From an uncultured Planctomycetia bacterium (GTDB lineage Bacteria; Omnitrophota; Gorgyraeia; B26-G9): DNA of 64,000 nt. Below, one piece after another: positions 49,970 to 59,448 of the stretch; the stretch's first letter is position 1, and each line of letters starts with the position of its first letter. A program made the translations under genes and the position numbers. Where the stretch lies: the NCBI GenBank assembly GCA_964437495.1, contig CAYTGV010000001.1, positions 28,552-92,551 of the forward strand, in the 5' to 3' direction. Under the pieces are notes generated by a model. The model did not search any database, was not told the origin of the DNA, and saw nothing but the letters and a program-made list of their open reading frames with translations.

Positions 49970-50815
49970 TTAAAATTCTCCGTTTACTATCTGGGCATCG
50001 CCCGCTAATTTCTTCACCCCTTGAATCCTGCGTTTTAACTTATTGTCTCTGGGATAAAGTTCTAAAATTTTCTTATAATAATGAATGCTTTGTTCATAAT
50101 CCTTTATCCTTTCAAAAGAAGCCGCGAGTAGTGTCAGAACATGCCTTTTTTCGATATTATTGACCTCCCTTGGCAGAAAAAGATAAGCCTGTCTGAAATA
50201 GGCTATGGACTTGACATAATCATTATTCATAATAAAGTAAATATCACCTATTTGCGAATAAATTTCCCAGGCTTTGGGGTTATATCTCAATCCATTCTTC
50301 AAGAATCTAATTGCCTTATCAGACTTACCCAGGCGTATGCCCAGCCAATAACCACCCACAATATATGCCTTAATATAATATGGATCCGCTAATACAGCAA
50401 GTTCAAACCAAGGCATTATCTCGGCACTTTTGGCATTATTAAGATGTTGAACCGGCTTGTAAGAAATAGCCTTGTTTAAGCGTGAAAAAATATCCTGATC
50501 ATCATTCACAGGCTGCCAAATTTCATTATTCTGCTTAGAGACATGCTCGTGGGGTACTTCACCTTCTAGACAAGAATGTCCTGCATTGTGCTTTGGATGC
50601 GAAGTCCCGCCGTGAAAATATCTATCTGCTTTTAAATACAAAATTGCCGCTATACTGCTGCGCAGCTGTCCAAACATCTTATAGAAAATATCGTTTTGAC
50701 AAATAAGGGAATTATTATTTGCCATAAAAAAAACATCAAGGTGTGCTGAACTACAAACTAAAATCAATACCACGATGATAACAATTAAGCTAGAATGGAA
50801 TTTGCCTAAAGCCAT
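49970..50815 (-). CDS. Membrane-anchored TPR protein with a His-rich loop (PilG/XapA-like)
   Basis: N-terminal TM; ADRYFHGG..HPKHNAGH; DPYY..Y..GGYWL; TPRs. Confidence 0.75.
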   Translation of the reverse strand: MALGKFHSSLIVIIVVLILVCSSAHLDVFFMANNNSLICQNDIFYKMFGQLRSSIAAILYLKADRYFHGGTSHPKHNAGHSCLEGEVPHEHVSKQNNEIWQPVNDDQDIFSRLNKAISYKPVQHLNNAKSAEIMPWFELAVLADPYYIKAYIVGGYWLGIRLGKSDKAIRFLKNGLRYNPKAWEIYSQIGDIYFIMNNDYVKSIAYFRQAYLFLPREVNNIEKRHVLTLLAASFERIKDYEQSIHYYKKILELYPRDNKLKRRIQGVKKLAGDAQIVNGEF

Positions 50816-51564
50816 CTCTTTTGAAACCTCTTAAAAACAAAAAAAAGCAAGCAAGCCACATAAAGAGTCGCATACCCAAATATAGACAACATAACCCACA
50901 GCGGTAATGGACTCCATTCATATATAAGTCGATGGCGCAAATCAAAAAATTCAAAATGAGGCAAGAGATAATAAGCAATTTCCCCCAGAATAGGCAGGCG
51001 GTAAAATGCTTCTCGCATATTAGCGCCAAACCAACTCATTAAAAAGAAAATAGTATATGACAAAGTAACTGTAGTGGAAAATGTACAAAATACGGAAAGG
51101 CATATAGTCATTGCATTCAAAACAGCAAGCATAATAATACCACCCATAAATACCTGTGTATAAAGCAGCCAATCTCCTTGTCCTTGTTTAAGTAAGCTTA
51201 TAACCGTAAACAGCAAAAAAAATAAACCGAAACTAATCCAGCTTATAAACAAACTTCCCAAAAATTTACCGGCAATCACATGAACTCTCTTTATCGGTTT
51301 TGCCAAAAGAGGATATATTGTCTTTCCGCTTATCTCTTCTAACATAAGTCTTGCCGCATTAGGTACTGCAATAATTATGGAAAATAAAAATACAAGCCCC
51401 AGTCCTATTTCATTCATATATCTATAAATATGCTTAATTTCAAAAAAAGCGGCATTTGCTAGATAGACCATTAAAATAAGCAGCATTGTAATAAACACAT
51501 ATATATCTTTTTTACGGAATATTTCACGCATTATATTTATTGCGATCAGTTTAACTATCAACAT
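50806..51564 (-). CDS. ABC-2 type permease (PilI-like)
   Basis: EEISGKTIYPLLAKPIKR..GKFLG; YYLLPHFE; FQKR at the C-terminus. Confidence 0.88.
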   Translation of the reverse strand: MLIVKLIAINIMREIFRKKDIYVFITMLLILMVYLANAAFFEIKHIYRYMNEIGLGLVFLFSIIIAVPNAARLMLEEISGKTIYPLLAKPIKRVHVIAGKFLGSLFISWISFGLFFLLFTVISLLKQGQGDWLLYTQVFMGGIIMLAVLNAMTICLSVFCTFSTTVTLSYTIFFLMSWFGANMREAFYRLPILGEIAYYLLPHFEFFDLRHRLIYEWSPLPLWVMLSIFGYATLYVACLLFFVFKRFQKRWL

Positions 51565-52304
51565 AGGTCACCTTTTATTATAATGTCTATAAAATACCTT
51601 TCTAGACTCATATCATCTCCCTTTTGCTTAAAAATATCCTCTACCTTATCTGTTTTTACCAGGACACCTTTATTTATAATTCCAATCCTGTCACAGACAA
51701 GCTCAACTTCTGAAAGCTCATGAGAGGAGAAAAAAATTGTTTTCCCTTTTGCCTTTAACCCTTTAATTATCTCACGTACGCTGCTTCTCGCCAGAGGATC
51801 AAGTCCGCTTGTAGGTTCATCAAAAATTAGCAAGTCAGGATCATTTATTAGGGATTGGGCCAGGCTTATCTTTTGCATCATTCCTTTAGAAAAATTTTTC
51901 ATCAATACATTTGCTTCTGCCTCCATACCAACAAGACTTAGCAAGTTGTCAATTTTTTTATCCGCAGTCTTTTTTCTAAAGCCAAAAAATCCGGCATACA
52001 TTCTAAGCAGTTCCCGTGGGGTTAAATACCAGTAATAATTAGCAATCTCCGGCATATAGCCCATACGTGAACGCACAGAGTAATCAGAAGAATCTTGTCC
52101 AAAAATGCTTATTTGACCCGCGGCTACAGGAAGAAAGTTAAAGATTGATTTTATGGTAGTAGTTTTGCCAGCACCATTAGGGCCAAGAAAGCCAAACACT
52201 TCTCCAGAGACAATCTTAAGCGTAAGATGAGCAATTGCCTTTTTCAGGAAATTGCTTCCTTTATAAGTAACAGATAAATCATTCAATTCCAACGCATATT
52301 TCAT
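51558..52304 (-). CDS. ABC transporter ATP-binding protein (PilH-like)
   Basis: GPNGAGKTT, FSKGMMQK, DEPTSGLDP, SSH. Confidence 0.93.
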   Translation of the reverse strand: MKYALELNDLSVTYKGSNFLKKAIAHLTLKIVSGEVFGFLGPNGAGKTTTIKSIFNFLPVAAGQISIFGQDSSDYSVRSRMGYMPEIANYYWYLTPRELLRMYAGFFGFRKKTADKKIDNLLSLVGMEAEANVLMKNFSKGMMQKISLAQSLINDPDLLIFDEPTSGLDPLARSSVREIIKGLKAKGKTIFFSSHELSEVELVCDRIGIINKGVLVKTDKVEDIFKQKGDDMSLERYFIDIIIKGDLC

Positions 52305-52334
52305 GAGCTTATTATACCAAAAAAAAATTGATTA

Positions 52335-53705
52335 TTAAAGCTGCTTGAAAAACTTATCCTCAAATATCGTCCCTTGATTAAGAACAAGATCAGGATCTAT
52401 TGTCTTTTTAATAATAGCCATTTCACGCAACCCTTTAACGCCAAGCATAATTTTAAGATATTTCCGTTTTAATTTACCGATTCCATGTTCTGCTGAAACA
52501 GTTCCTCCCAATCTAAGGCCTTCCTTGACAAACTCAAGGTAAAGATTTTTAGCCCTTTGAAAATCGTTTTTAGTTTTCGGCATTAAATTAACGTAAAGAT
52601 GATTTTCCCCGATATGGTCGAATACGCAATATTGCATACTGCTGTTTTCAAGTGCGCGTTCATAGAAATCAAACATCCCCGGAAAATGCCTATCTGAAAC
52701 CGCAATATCAGTATTAATCTTCGAAAACCCGTTTTCTTTAACTCTTTCATTTATAAAAACCGGCAAATCGTAGCGCATTGCATTAATAGGAATCTAGCGG
52801 TATTTCGGCCTGAGCATATCAAGAGAGAAGACGTCAAAATATTCAATACAACTAGCATCAATATCGTTATTTTTAGCAGATTTTCGGCTGGTATATGTTA
52901 GTTTTTTAGATTAAAAACAAATTCCAGTGCCTGCATTTTGGTTTTAAAAAAGACTACTCCGTTAAACTCCTGTTCCGGCAATTCACAGAGGATTACTTTG
53001 ATCTTACTTATCATACCTAAAATACCCTCACAACCAATAAACAAGTCAATCAGATCACTACCGGAAAAGATATAATAATCGACAGAATTTTTAACTTTAG
53101 GCAGGCGGTAGCCGGGCAAAGCACAGAATAATGGCTTGTTTTTAATAGGAATATAGAGCCTGTTTTTAACAAAACAATTACCTCTTTGGATATCAAGTAA
53201 TTGCCCTGTGGACAGGATAATATACAGGCCAAGGATATGCTTTCTTGTTGAACCGTATTTAAAACCTTTAGCCCCGGAGGCATTGGTAGCTACGGTTCCC
53301 CCCAAGATATGCATTTTTTTCTGTAGGATCAAGTAAATAGGTGAGTCCGTATTTAGCAGCCTCCAGGCATAACTGCTCAATGCTCACGCCAGGCTCTATA
53401 ACTGCAAATCCCCCAGGCTTGTCCGGAAATTTTTTAATATCAACTATTTTGTTTAGTTTTTCAGTTGAAATTATTGAACCACTCAAGGAAATTCTACCTC
53501 CCACAATACCGGTTTATGCTTCGAATATAGTCAGGGGCATTTTTCCAGAAGCAGCTTCTTTAAAATAAGCAATTGCCTCATATTCAGTTTTAGGAAAAAC
53601 TATTTCCCGGGCATTTCCACAACTCAACCCAGAACTATCCTGTAAATAATCTTTGAATGTATCTATATTCTTTTTTCGTAACATAATTAACCTAATTACC
53701 TTCAT
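52335..53705 (-). pseudogene. FAD-binding oxidoreductase (GlcD/D-lactate dehydrogenase-like) pseudogene
   Basis: Collinear fragments in several frames: YLQDSSG..VFP, GG..STEKLNKI..EPGV..DPTEK, GGTVATNASG..YGSTR..GCEGILG, HIGENHL..SAEHGIGK. Confidence 0.85.
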
Positions 53706-53745
53706 TATAGAATAAAATAGTCATTAACCGCTACAAATAAAAGAC

Positions 53746-53774
53746 TTGACATAAAGTGGCACTTGTGATATTAT
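53746..53774 (+). promoter_or_regulatory. Sigma70-type promoter for the small ORF
   Basis: TTGACA-N17-TATTAT with an extended -10 TG. Confidence 0.7.
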
Positions 53775-53782
53775 TTTAATAT

Positions 53783-53817
53783 TGAACGGAGTCATCTGAC
53801 ATTTACAAGGAGGTAAA
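53783..53817 (+). promoter_or_regulatory. Two CsrA-type GGA hexaloop hairpins, the second covering the SD
   Basis: TGA-ACGGAG-TCA and TTTAC-AAGGAG-GTAAA. Confidence 0.65.
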
Positions 53818-53822
53818 AAAAG

Positions 53823-54059
53823 ATGCCTAGCAAGAAAAGCCATCCAGAATCATCTGACCAATCAAAGAAAAACGAAATATTGCGTAATTCTACGAGTAAA
53901 AAATTCAATGCAAATAATACCCAATTAAAGCTGGTATGCTTTGAGAATTCAATTGCCTCAAAGATGCGCGAAGAAGACATTATCCGTGCTTGTTCTATCT
54001 ACAACAAGACTCAGGAAAAAATCATTAAACTCAAGATATCACAGATCTATTTTAATTAG
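53823..54059 (+). CDS. Small basic hypothetical protein
   Basis: 78 aa; AAGGAGGT SD and its own promoter. Confidence 0.7.
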   Translation: MPSKKSHPESSDQSKKNEILRNSTSKKFNANNTQLKLVCFENSIASKMREEDIIRACSIYNKTQEKIIKLKISQIYFN

Positions 54060-54186
54060 AAACTGTTTGTCCTCTTTTAAAATCCCAAAATTTACCTTAT
54101 ACAATCATATATTGAAAATAATGAACTGAACCGACATCACGCCATACAGATATTAGCGTTTAAAGGCAGCATTTAGAATACTATCT

Positions 54187-54432
54187 CTATTGGGAAGGAT
54201 CTTTTTTCTTCTTAAATATATTAGAAAGCTTTTCTAAATTAGTATGTTTTTTTTGTACTGCGCTTAGATTTTGTTTATGAATAGAATCATATATTTCTTT
54301 TCTATGAACAGGGATATCTCGCGGAGCAGTTATCCCCAGCTTAACTTGCTCACCGCGGACTTCCACAACCTTCACTTCAACATTGTCCCCGATAATTATA
54401 CTTTCATTTGGCTTGCGCGAAAGAACTAACAT
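54187..54432 (-). CDS. csrA: Carbon storage regulator
   Basis: [32 protein letters not shown] with N55-type C-terminal extension. Confidence 0.96.
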   Translation of the reverse strand: MLVLSRKPNESIIIGDNVEVKVVEVRGEQVKLGITAPRDIPVHRKEIYDSIHKQNLSAVQKKHTNLEKLSNIFKKKKDPSQ

Positions 54433-54880
54433 TTTTATCCTCTATTTTTTTAAGCATTTCATCCAAAACTAAATGTTGTATCGAATAATCCTGTTCTTGT
54501 AAGACTACCTGTCTACATATATTTTTCTCTTTATTAATCATCAGCGGTGCCAGTAAATTAGCGCTGATTTGATCTGAGCCTTGAGGCACACACACAATAA
54601 CATAACACATGCATTCCTCAATATCGCTGATCTGCAATGCTGTTTTATCCAGTAATGATACTACGGGTTTATAATCCAGTTTAACTTCCAGAGGATCCAT
54701 AATGATAAAATTTATTCCAGAGTCGCTTTGCGACTGCATCCAAAAGAAAGGCTCCTTTGATTTCTCACTCACAATTCTATACTCTTTATGTGTTTCAAAC
54801 CCGATAATCCCTTCCGGAAAAAACATTTTGCTCCCATTGAGCGATGAAGCCCGCTCTTCATGTTTAATAGTTGTTTTCAT
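54404..54880 (-). CDS. fliW: Flagellar assembly factor/CsrA antagonist FliW
   Basis: [31 protein letters not shown]; overlaps csrA. Confidence 0.93.
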   Translation of the reverse strand: MKTTIKHEERASSLNGSKMFFPEGIIGFETHKEYRIVSEKSKEPFFWMQSQSDSGINFIIMDPLEVKLDYKPVVSLLDKTALQISDIEECMCYVIVCVPQGSDQISANLLAPLMINKEKNICRQVVLQEQDYSIQHLVLDEMLKKIEDKNVSSFAQAK

Positions 54881-54944
54881 ATAACTACTTACCCCCTTTC
54901 TTCATAAACGAACTCATCCATTTATGATCATCATTTTTTGTTTA

Positions 54945-55085
54945 TTAAAAATTTAAACTCCCCAGCATATTGATTGTCATTTGGTTATCCGGCTCAATTA
55001 ATAAAACCTCTTCTAATTCGTACTTTGCGCGCGCATAATTCTTTTTTAATATCGCGCTCATTGCCCTAGCAAAATAAGCATCCGC
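54945..55085 (-). pseudogene. Detached single-TPR fragment
   Basis: ADAYFARAMSAILKKNYARAKYELEEVLLIEPDNQMTINMLGSLNF*, preceded directly by a TAA. Confidence 0.5.
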
Positions 55086-55209
55086 TTACCCTCCTGCTCC
55101 TTTTTAAAACCGCTGAAACCTTCTGCATTATCTTTGCCTTACTTAAAAGCATTTCCGCTAAAAGCACCATCTGATTTTCCTTAACAACGCTTAAGTTATT
55201 TCTTATTTA

Positions 55210-56847
55210 TTAGTCTCTATCCATCTTTTCACGTAATTGCTCAGAAACATTTTCCATCTTTCTTTCATAATAACTTTTGAGCTTTTCATTTTCTTTTTCA
55301 AGAATGCGAATCTGTTTTATATATTTAGCCTCTTCAATGCGCAGCTTCTTTTCCCATTCAAAAGAATTATGCAGAATCTCTGCTTCAGCGTCTCCTTGGA
55401 GGTTCAGTATCGTTTTTTTCTGTTTAGCCAGTTTTGTCTCTAATGTGCTCTTCTGGTCGGCAATTTTATCTTGCAGTTCTGCTAACTCGCGTTTTTGTCT
55501 TTTATTCTCCTTCTTTACATTTCTAAGCTCATCCTTTACGATTTTAGAAATTTTGTATGCCTCTCTTGTCTCTTCTCCGGAATAAAGCGCTAATTTCTGA
55601 TTCAATATTTGGATCTGATTGTTTTTTTCAGAGACGACTATCGCCTTTGTTTTTATCTCCTCTTTGAGCTTTAGAATATACATCCTCAACTGTTCAGATG
55701 ATTTTTTTAAAACCTCATTTTCTTCTAAATATTTATTTTTTTCCTTCTCTATACTTTGCCCATACTCAAGCTCTTTTTCCGCTGTCAACTGCCTCAGAAT
55801 CTTTTCCTTTTGCTGAGCCTGCTGCTTTGTTTTTTCGATCTCTTGCTCTCTCTTAAAAATTTCCTCAGCATACTTATTTTCTTTACTGCGAATTATTTCA
55901 TCCAGTTTTTCGTATTTTTGATTCAATTTATATTCTAATACTTTTACTTCCTGCTCTGTTTTAATCCTGTATCTCTCTTCAAGCTGGAGATGTTTCTGTT
56001 TATATTCTTCTTCTTTTATTTCCAGTTCTTGATTAAATACGCTTCTTTGTTTTTCTATTTTTTCATTAAAGTCTTTAACCCGCTGCGCCAAAACTCTTAT
56101 CTGAGAGTCTCTCTGAACAATCGAAGTCCCAGCGTCTCCTATTTCCTGTTCCCGGACCATACCCTCTACGCCTTTAGATTCATCCATAATCTGCTGCAGA
56201 CGGGCATCATATTCCTTTTCCTTGCGTTTTAGAACCTCTTTATGCAAATTATCCTTTATTTTTAATTGTTCGCTCAAGCTGTCAACCTTTGCTGTAAGCT
56301 CAATTATCTTTTTCTCACCCCTGTTATCCAGTACGGATTTATCCTTTTGCTTTGCCTGCGCCATAACTTTCTCAAACTGCCCTGATAAGCTTTTCACTTT
56401 CATGTTGAACTCAAGCTCTTTTTGGATAAACGCTTCTTCGCTGGCTTTCTTCTGCTGAACAAAGTCATCCTCAGCCTTAAGTAATTTCTTTTCAAGGCTT
56501 TCAATTACCGGATAAGAAGACTCTTCTACGGCTTTTTGAAATATCAACTGCTGCTTTTTAAGCAGCTGTTCATATTTCACTTTCTGCTTACTGAGTGCCT
56601 CTTCCTGTGCCTGTTTCTGCTTATTCAATTCTTCCTTCAAAAAAGCTATTTCATTATCAAGTATCTTTTTCCAATAATAGCTTTTATTATCCCCAGCATT
56701 TTCATTAACACGATTTGATTGATAGATAACAGTCGGTTCATTAGATTTGACTGTCGCAACTGCCAAGCTAGGGATAAAAACCATCAACGCAATAATTGCA
56801 AGAATCATCTTTAACAAAATATCCGCAGATTTAATATCTCTTTTCAT
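55210..56847 (-). CDS. Exported long coiled-coil protein
   Basis: Signal peptide/TM followed by ~480 aa of K/E/Q-rich heptads. Confidence 0.8.
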   Translation of the reverse strand: MKRDIKSADILLKMILAIIALMVFIPSLAVATVKSNEPTVIYQSNRVNENAGDNKSYYWKKILDNEIAFLKEELNKQKQAQEEALSKQKVKYEQLLKKQQLIFQKAVEESSYPVIESLEKKLLKAEDDFVQQKKASEEAFIQKELEFNMKVKSLSGQFEKVMAQAKQKDKSVLDNRGEKKIIELTAKVDSLSEQLKIKDNLHKEVLKRKEKEYDARLQQIMDESKGVEGMVREQEIGDAGTSIVQRDSQIRVLAQRVKDFNEKIEKQRSVFNQELEIKEEEYKQKHLQLEERYRIKTEQEVKVLEYKLNQKYEKLDEIIRSKENKYAEEIFKREQEIEKTKQQAQQKEKILRQLTAEKELEYGQSIEKEKNKYLEENEVLKKSSEQLRMYILKLKEEIKTKAIVVSEKNNQIQILNQKLALYSGEETREAYKISKIVKDELRNVKKENKRQKRELAELQDKIADQKSTLETKLAKQKKTILNLQGDAEAEILHNSFEWEKKLRIEEAKYIKQIRILEKENEKLKSYYERKMENVSEQLREKMDRD

Positions 56848-56882
56848 ATTCGTAATTTTCCCTTATTTAATTCGCCTGCAAA

Positions 56883-56940
56883 TAAAGAAAAAACCGAACG
56901 TCATCTTTATGTTTAAAAGACAACTTTCGGTTTTACTTTA
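56883..56940 (-). terminator. Intrinsic terminator-like hairpin upstream of the coiled-coil gene
   Basis: Minus strand AAACCGAAAGTTGTCTTT-taaacat-AAAGATGACGTTCGGTTT followed by a T-tract. Confidence 0.7.
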
Positions 56941-57135
56941 AATCTTCCTAATTTTACAAGTATAGATTTTGAAGCCAATTTTATATTACCCCTTAATCCT
57001 GGAACTTTTTGCCATAAAAAACAGTCTGGTATCTTAGAGAAATAAGCCCTACTTCCCCCTACACTACGCCACCCCTATTAACATAAAAAAATATTAATTA
57101 GTAGACATTTTCAGCTTAGTGCTATCTATTTACTA

Positions 57136-57164
57136 ATTATGACTTTAAAGAAGGGAAAAGTCAA
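57136..57164 (-). promoter_or_regulatory. Sigma70-type promoter
   Basis: TTGACT-N17-CATAAT. Confidence 0.55.
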
Positions 57165-57192
57165 GTAAAAATTAGCTTTTTTAAAGGATTTT

Positions 57193-57315
57193 ACACAATA
57201 TTTTGAACAATTTGGTATGCTTGATACAAGATATAGATATTGGGAAATTTGAGAGATTAAAAAAATGCGGTTATTCATTGTAGAAGAGATGTAAATCAAA
57301 CACTATATCTAGTGC
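57193..57315. promoter_or_regulatory. Three NrdR-box-like sites
   Basis: ACACAATATTTTGAAC (57193), ATACAAGATATAGATA (57224), ACACTATATCTAGTGC (57300); the first two start 31 bp apart. Confidence 0.55.
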
Positions 57316-57341
57316 CTATTTTTAGGCAATATCAACTGAAA

Positions 57342-58091
57342 TCACTTGAGTTTTAGCCCCAAATCAAGCCCTAATCGAACAATCTCCAAAGCCTTGCCTT
57401 TCATGGCCGATCTCTCTGTCTTGGAAAATTCTCCCCAAAAAGGCCTGGATATTATATTGTCACTGACAAAGCAAAAAGCAATAGCTTTAATCTTTTGCCG
57501 GGATGTCGCTGCATAAAAAAACGCACACTCAAGATCTACACTCTGTACTCCGTTTTTAGCCAATTCCTCGACTCTTGGCTTTTCCTGATCCCAAAACGTA
57601 TGAATGCTCAAAACATTAGCTTGTTTTAGATCATATCCTTTCTCAATTGCTGTGGCTAAACTATTTTTGAGCATTTGCGGATCGGGATAGAAAACATTTT
57701 TGCTATCTGATTTAAAATTTATTCCAAACTTCTTATGATATTGCGTATCAAAAACAGCCTCCTTTAAAACAACAGCATCGGAGATTTTCAAATTCTGAAC
57801 AGCTCCAATAGCTCCGAGGAAAATCACTGCTTTTAATTTTTGCGGGTCTTGGGCCAGAATACAATCCACTACCATAGTCTGTCCCATGCCTGTATTGACA
57901 AATGTTATTTGTTTATTTTTATAAACCCCGCTCACCCCATGAAAAATAAGCCCTTTAAAGAATTTCTGCCTCTTGAGCTCAGAGGCGATGATCTTTGCAT
58001 GGAAAAAAGGGCTAATTATAAGCACTTTGCCTATATCATGACGACTTATTCCGAATATTTTTTCAAACTTCTTTTCTTCTATATCCTTCAT
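57342..58091 (-). CDS. Nucleoside phosphorylase family protein (PNP/UDP)
   Basis: TGMG, IFLGAIGA, VDLECA and VSDN motifs. Confidence 0.8.
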   Translation of the reverse strand: MKDIEEKKFEKIFGISRHDIGKVLIISPFFHAKIIASELKRQKFFKGLIFHGVSGVYKNKQITFVNTGMGQTMVVDCILAQDPQKLKAVIFLGAIGAVQNLKISDAVVLKEAVFDTQYHKKFGINFKSDSKNVFYPDPQMLKNSLATAIEKGYDLKQANVLSIHTFWDQEKPRVEELAKNGVQSVDLECAFFYAATSRQKIKAIAFCFVSDNIISRPFWGEFSKTERSAMKGKALEIVRLGLDLGLKLK

Positions 58092-59167
58092 CTTGCCCTC
58101 ACAAGTTCATAATCCATTTTACCCAGTCCAATGCTTTGAGCATATATCAATTGATCCATATAAAAAGCCGCCTGCGGGTATCCCTTTTTAAAAATATCCT
58201 CATTGGCATTTTTTACAACCATATCTGCCGCTGCCTTATCACATGCTACGGGATCATCCGACGCAAAGATCCCAATATCATCTACGATAAACGGCTCATC
58301 CTTGGCCATACAATCGCAGTTCTTCGTAACATTTACAGCAAAATTAAAGAAAACCTTTTTCTTTATATTAAGCAAAACCCCGTAAGCATATTCGGCTATC
58401 TTTTCACTGAGCACTTTTGCATCTTCTCCATAATCATCGGCAATAGCTCCAAATTTACAGGCCGCAATACATTCGGCGCAACCAATACACAAATCCTGTT
58501 TTATGAACGCCTTTTCCTGGTATTCTATTATCGCATTCGCTGGACAATTTTTTATACAGCGCTTACAGAATGTACAATTTTCTGGCTTTACCCGCGGTTT
58601 TATATTTGAATGCTGTCTTAATTTCCCTGACCTGGAGGCAAAGCCCATTCCCATATTTTTCAAAGATGCCGCAAACCCGCTTAAAAGATGTCCGGTAACA
58701 TGAGCTATACTCACTACGGAATCAAAATACATTACCGGCTTTGCAATGCTCACTGATTCAAAATGTTTTTTTTTGATCTGGACCTCCATAGCATTTTCCC
58801 CCCAAAGTCCATCAGCGATAATAACCGGTGCCCCCAAAGAAACCGGATCAAACCCATGCACTGCCCCAAGCATAAGATGATCCACGGCATTAACCCGGCT
58901 GCCCTGATACAGAACATTCGTTTCAGCTATGAAAGGCTTTGCTGCCATTGACTTTATCTTATCAATGGCCACCTTAGCTGTTTTTGCTCCAACATGCCCG
59001 GTATTGCCTTTTTCCCCCATATGTATTTTTATAGGAACGATCTCCCCTTTTTTAAAACCATTTAAAAGCCCGCTCAGCTTTATCAGGTTTTTAAACAAAT
59101 ACGCAACCTGGACTTTATCCTTGGAATTTGCAACTGGTTGAAAATAAACAATACTTTTTGACATCAT
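58088..59167 (-). CDS. DUF362 protein with a 2x[4Fe-4S] ferredoxin insert
   Basis: KIHMGEKGN, HVTGH..KNMGMG, CTFCKRC..CP, CIGCAEC..C, CDC, DPVACD. Confidence 0.9.
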   Translation of the reverse strand: MMSKSIVYFQPVANSKDKVQVAYLFKNLIKLSGLLNGFKKGEIVPIKIHMGEKGNTGHVGAKTAKVAIDKIKSMAAKPFIAETNVLYQGSRVNAVDHLMLGAVHGFDPVSLGAPVIIADGLWGENAMEVQIKKKHFESVSIAKPVMYFDSVVSIAHVTGHLLSGFAASLKNMGMGFASRSGKLRQHSNIKPRVKPENCTFCKRCIKNCPANAIIEYQEKAFIKQDLCIGCAECIAACKFGAIADDYGEDAKVLSEKIAEYAYGVLLNIKKKVFFNFAVNVTKNCDCMAKDEPFIVDDIGIFASDDPVACDKAAADMVVKNANEDIFKKGYPQAAFYMDQLIYAQSIGLGKMDYELVRAR

Positions 59168-59448
59168 CTACCTCTTTCTTATTTTAACTCTAAATAATTA
59201 GTTTCTATGATAGCTAAGTACGCCTAAAAATACAATCAATTTATCATCGCCTGCTTCTTTTACACTCGACATTTCATTTTTTGTGTATTAGTATGTAATT
59301 TGATGGTGTTCAACTATATATATGCAGGGCTCACTTAACGATCCAGACTTTTTGATGAATTTTACTTTCAATAAAAAAATACTGCCCTGATCAACAACTG
59401 TTACAAAAAAATCATTCCCGAAAAATACACTTTACAGAAAAATTTAAA

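Noticed and set aside
56940-57130. c-di-GMP-I riboswitch
   Set aside because: GGCAAA is present but the GNRA hairpin and GCAAAGC elements are not.
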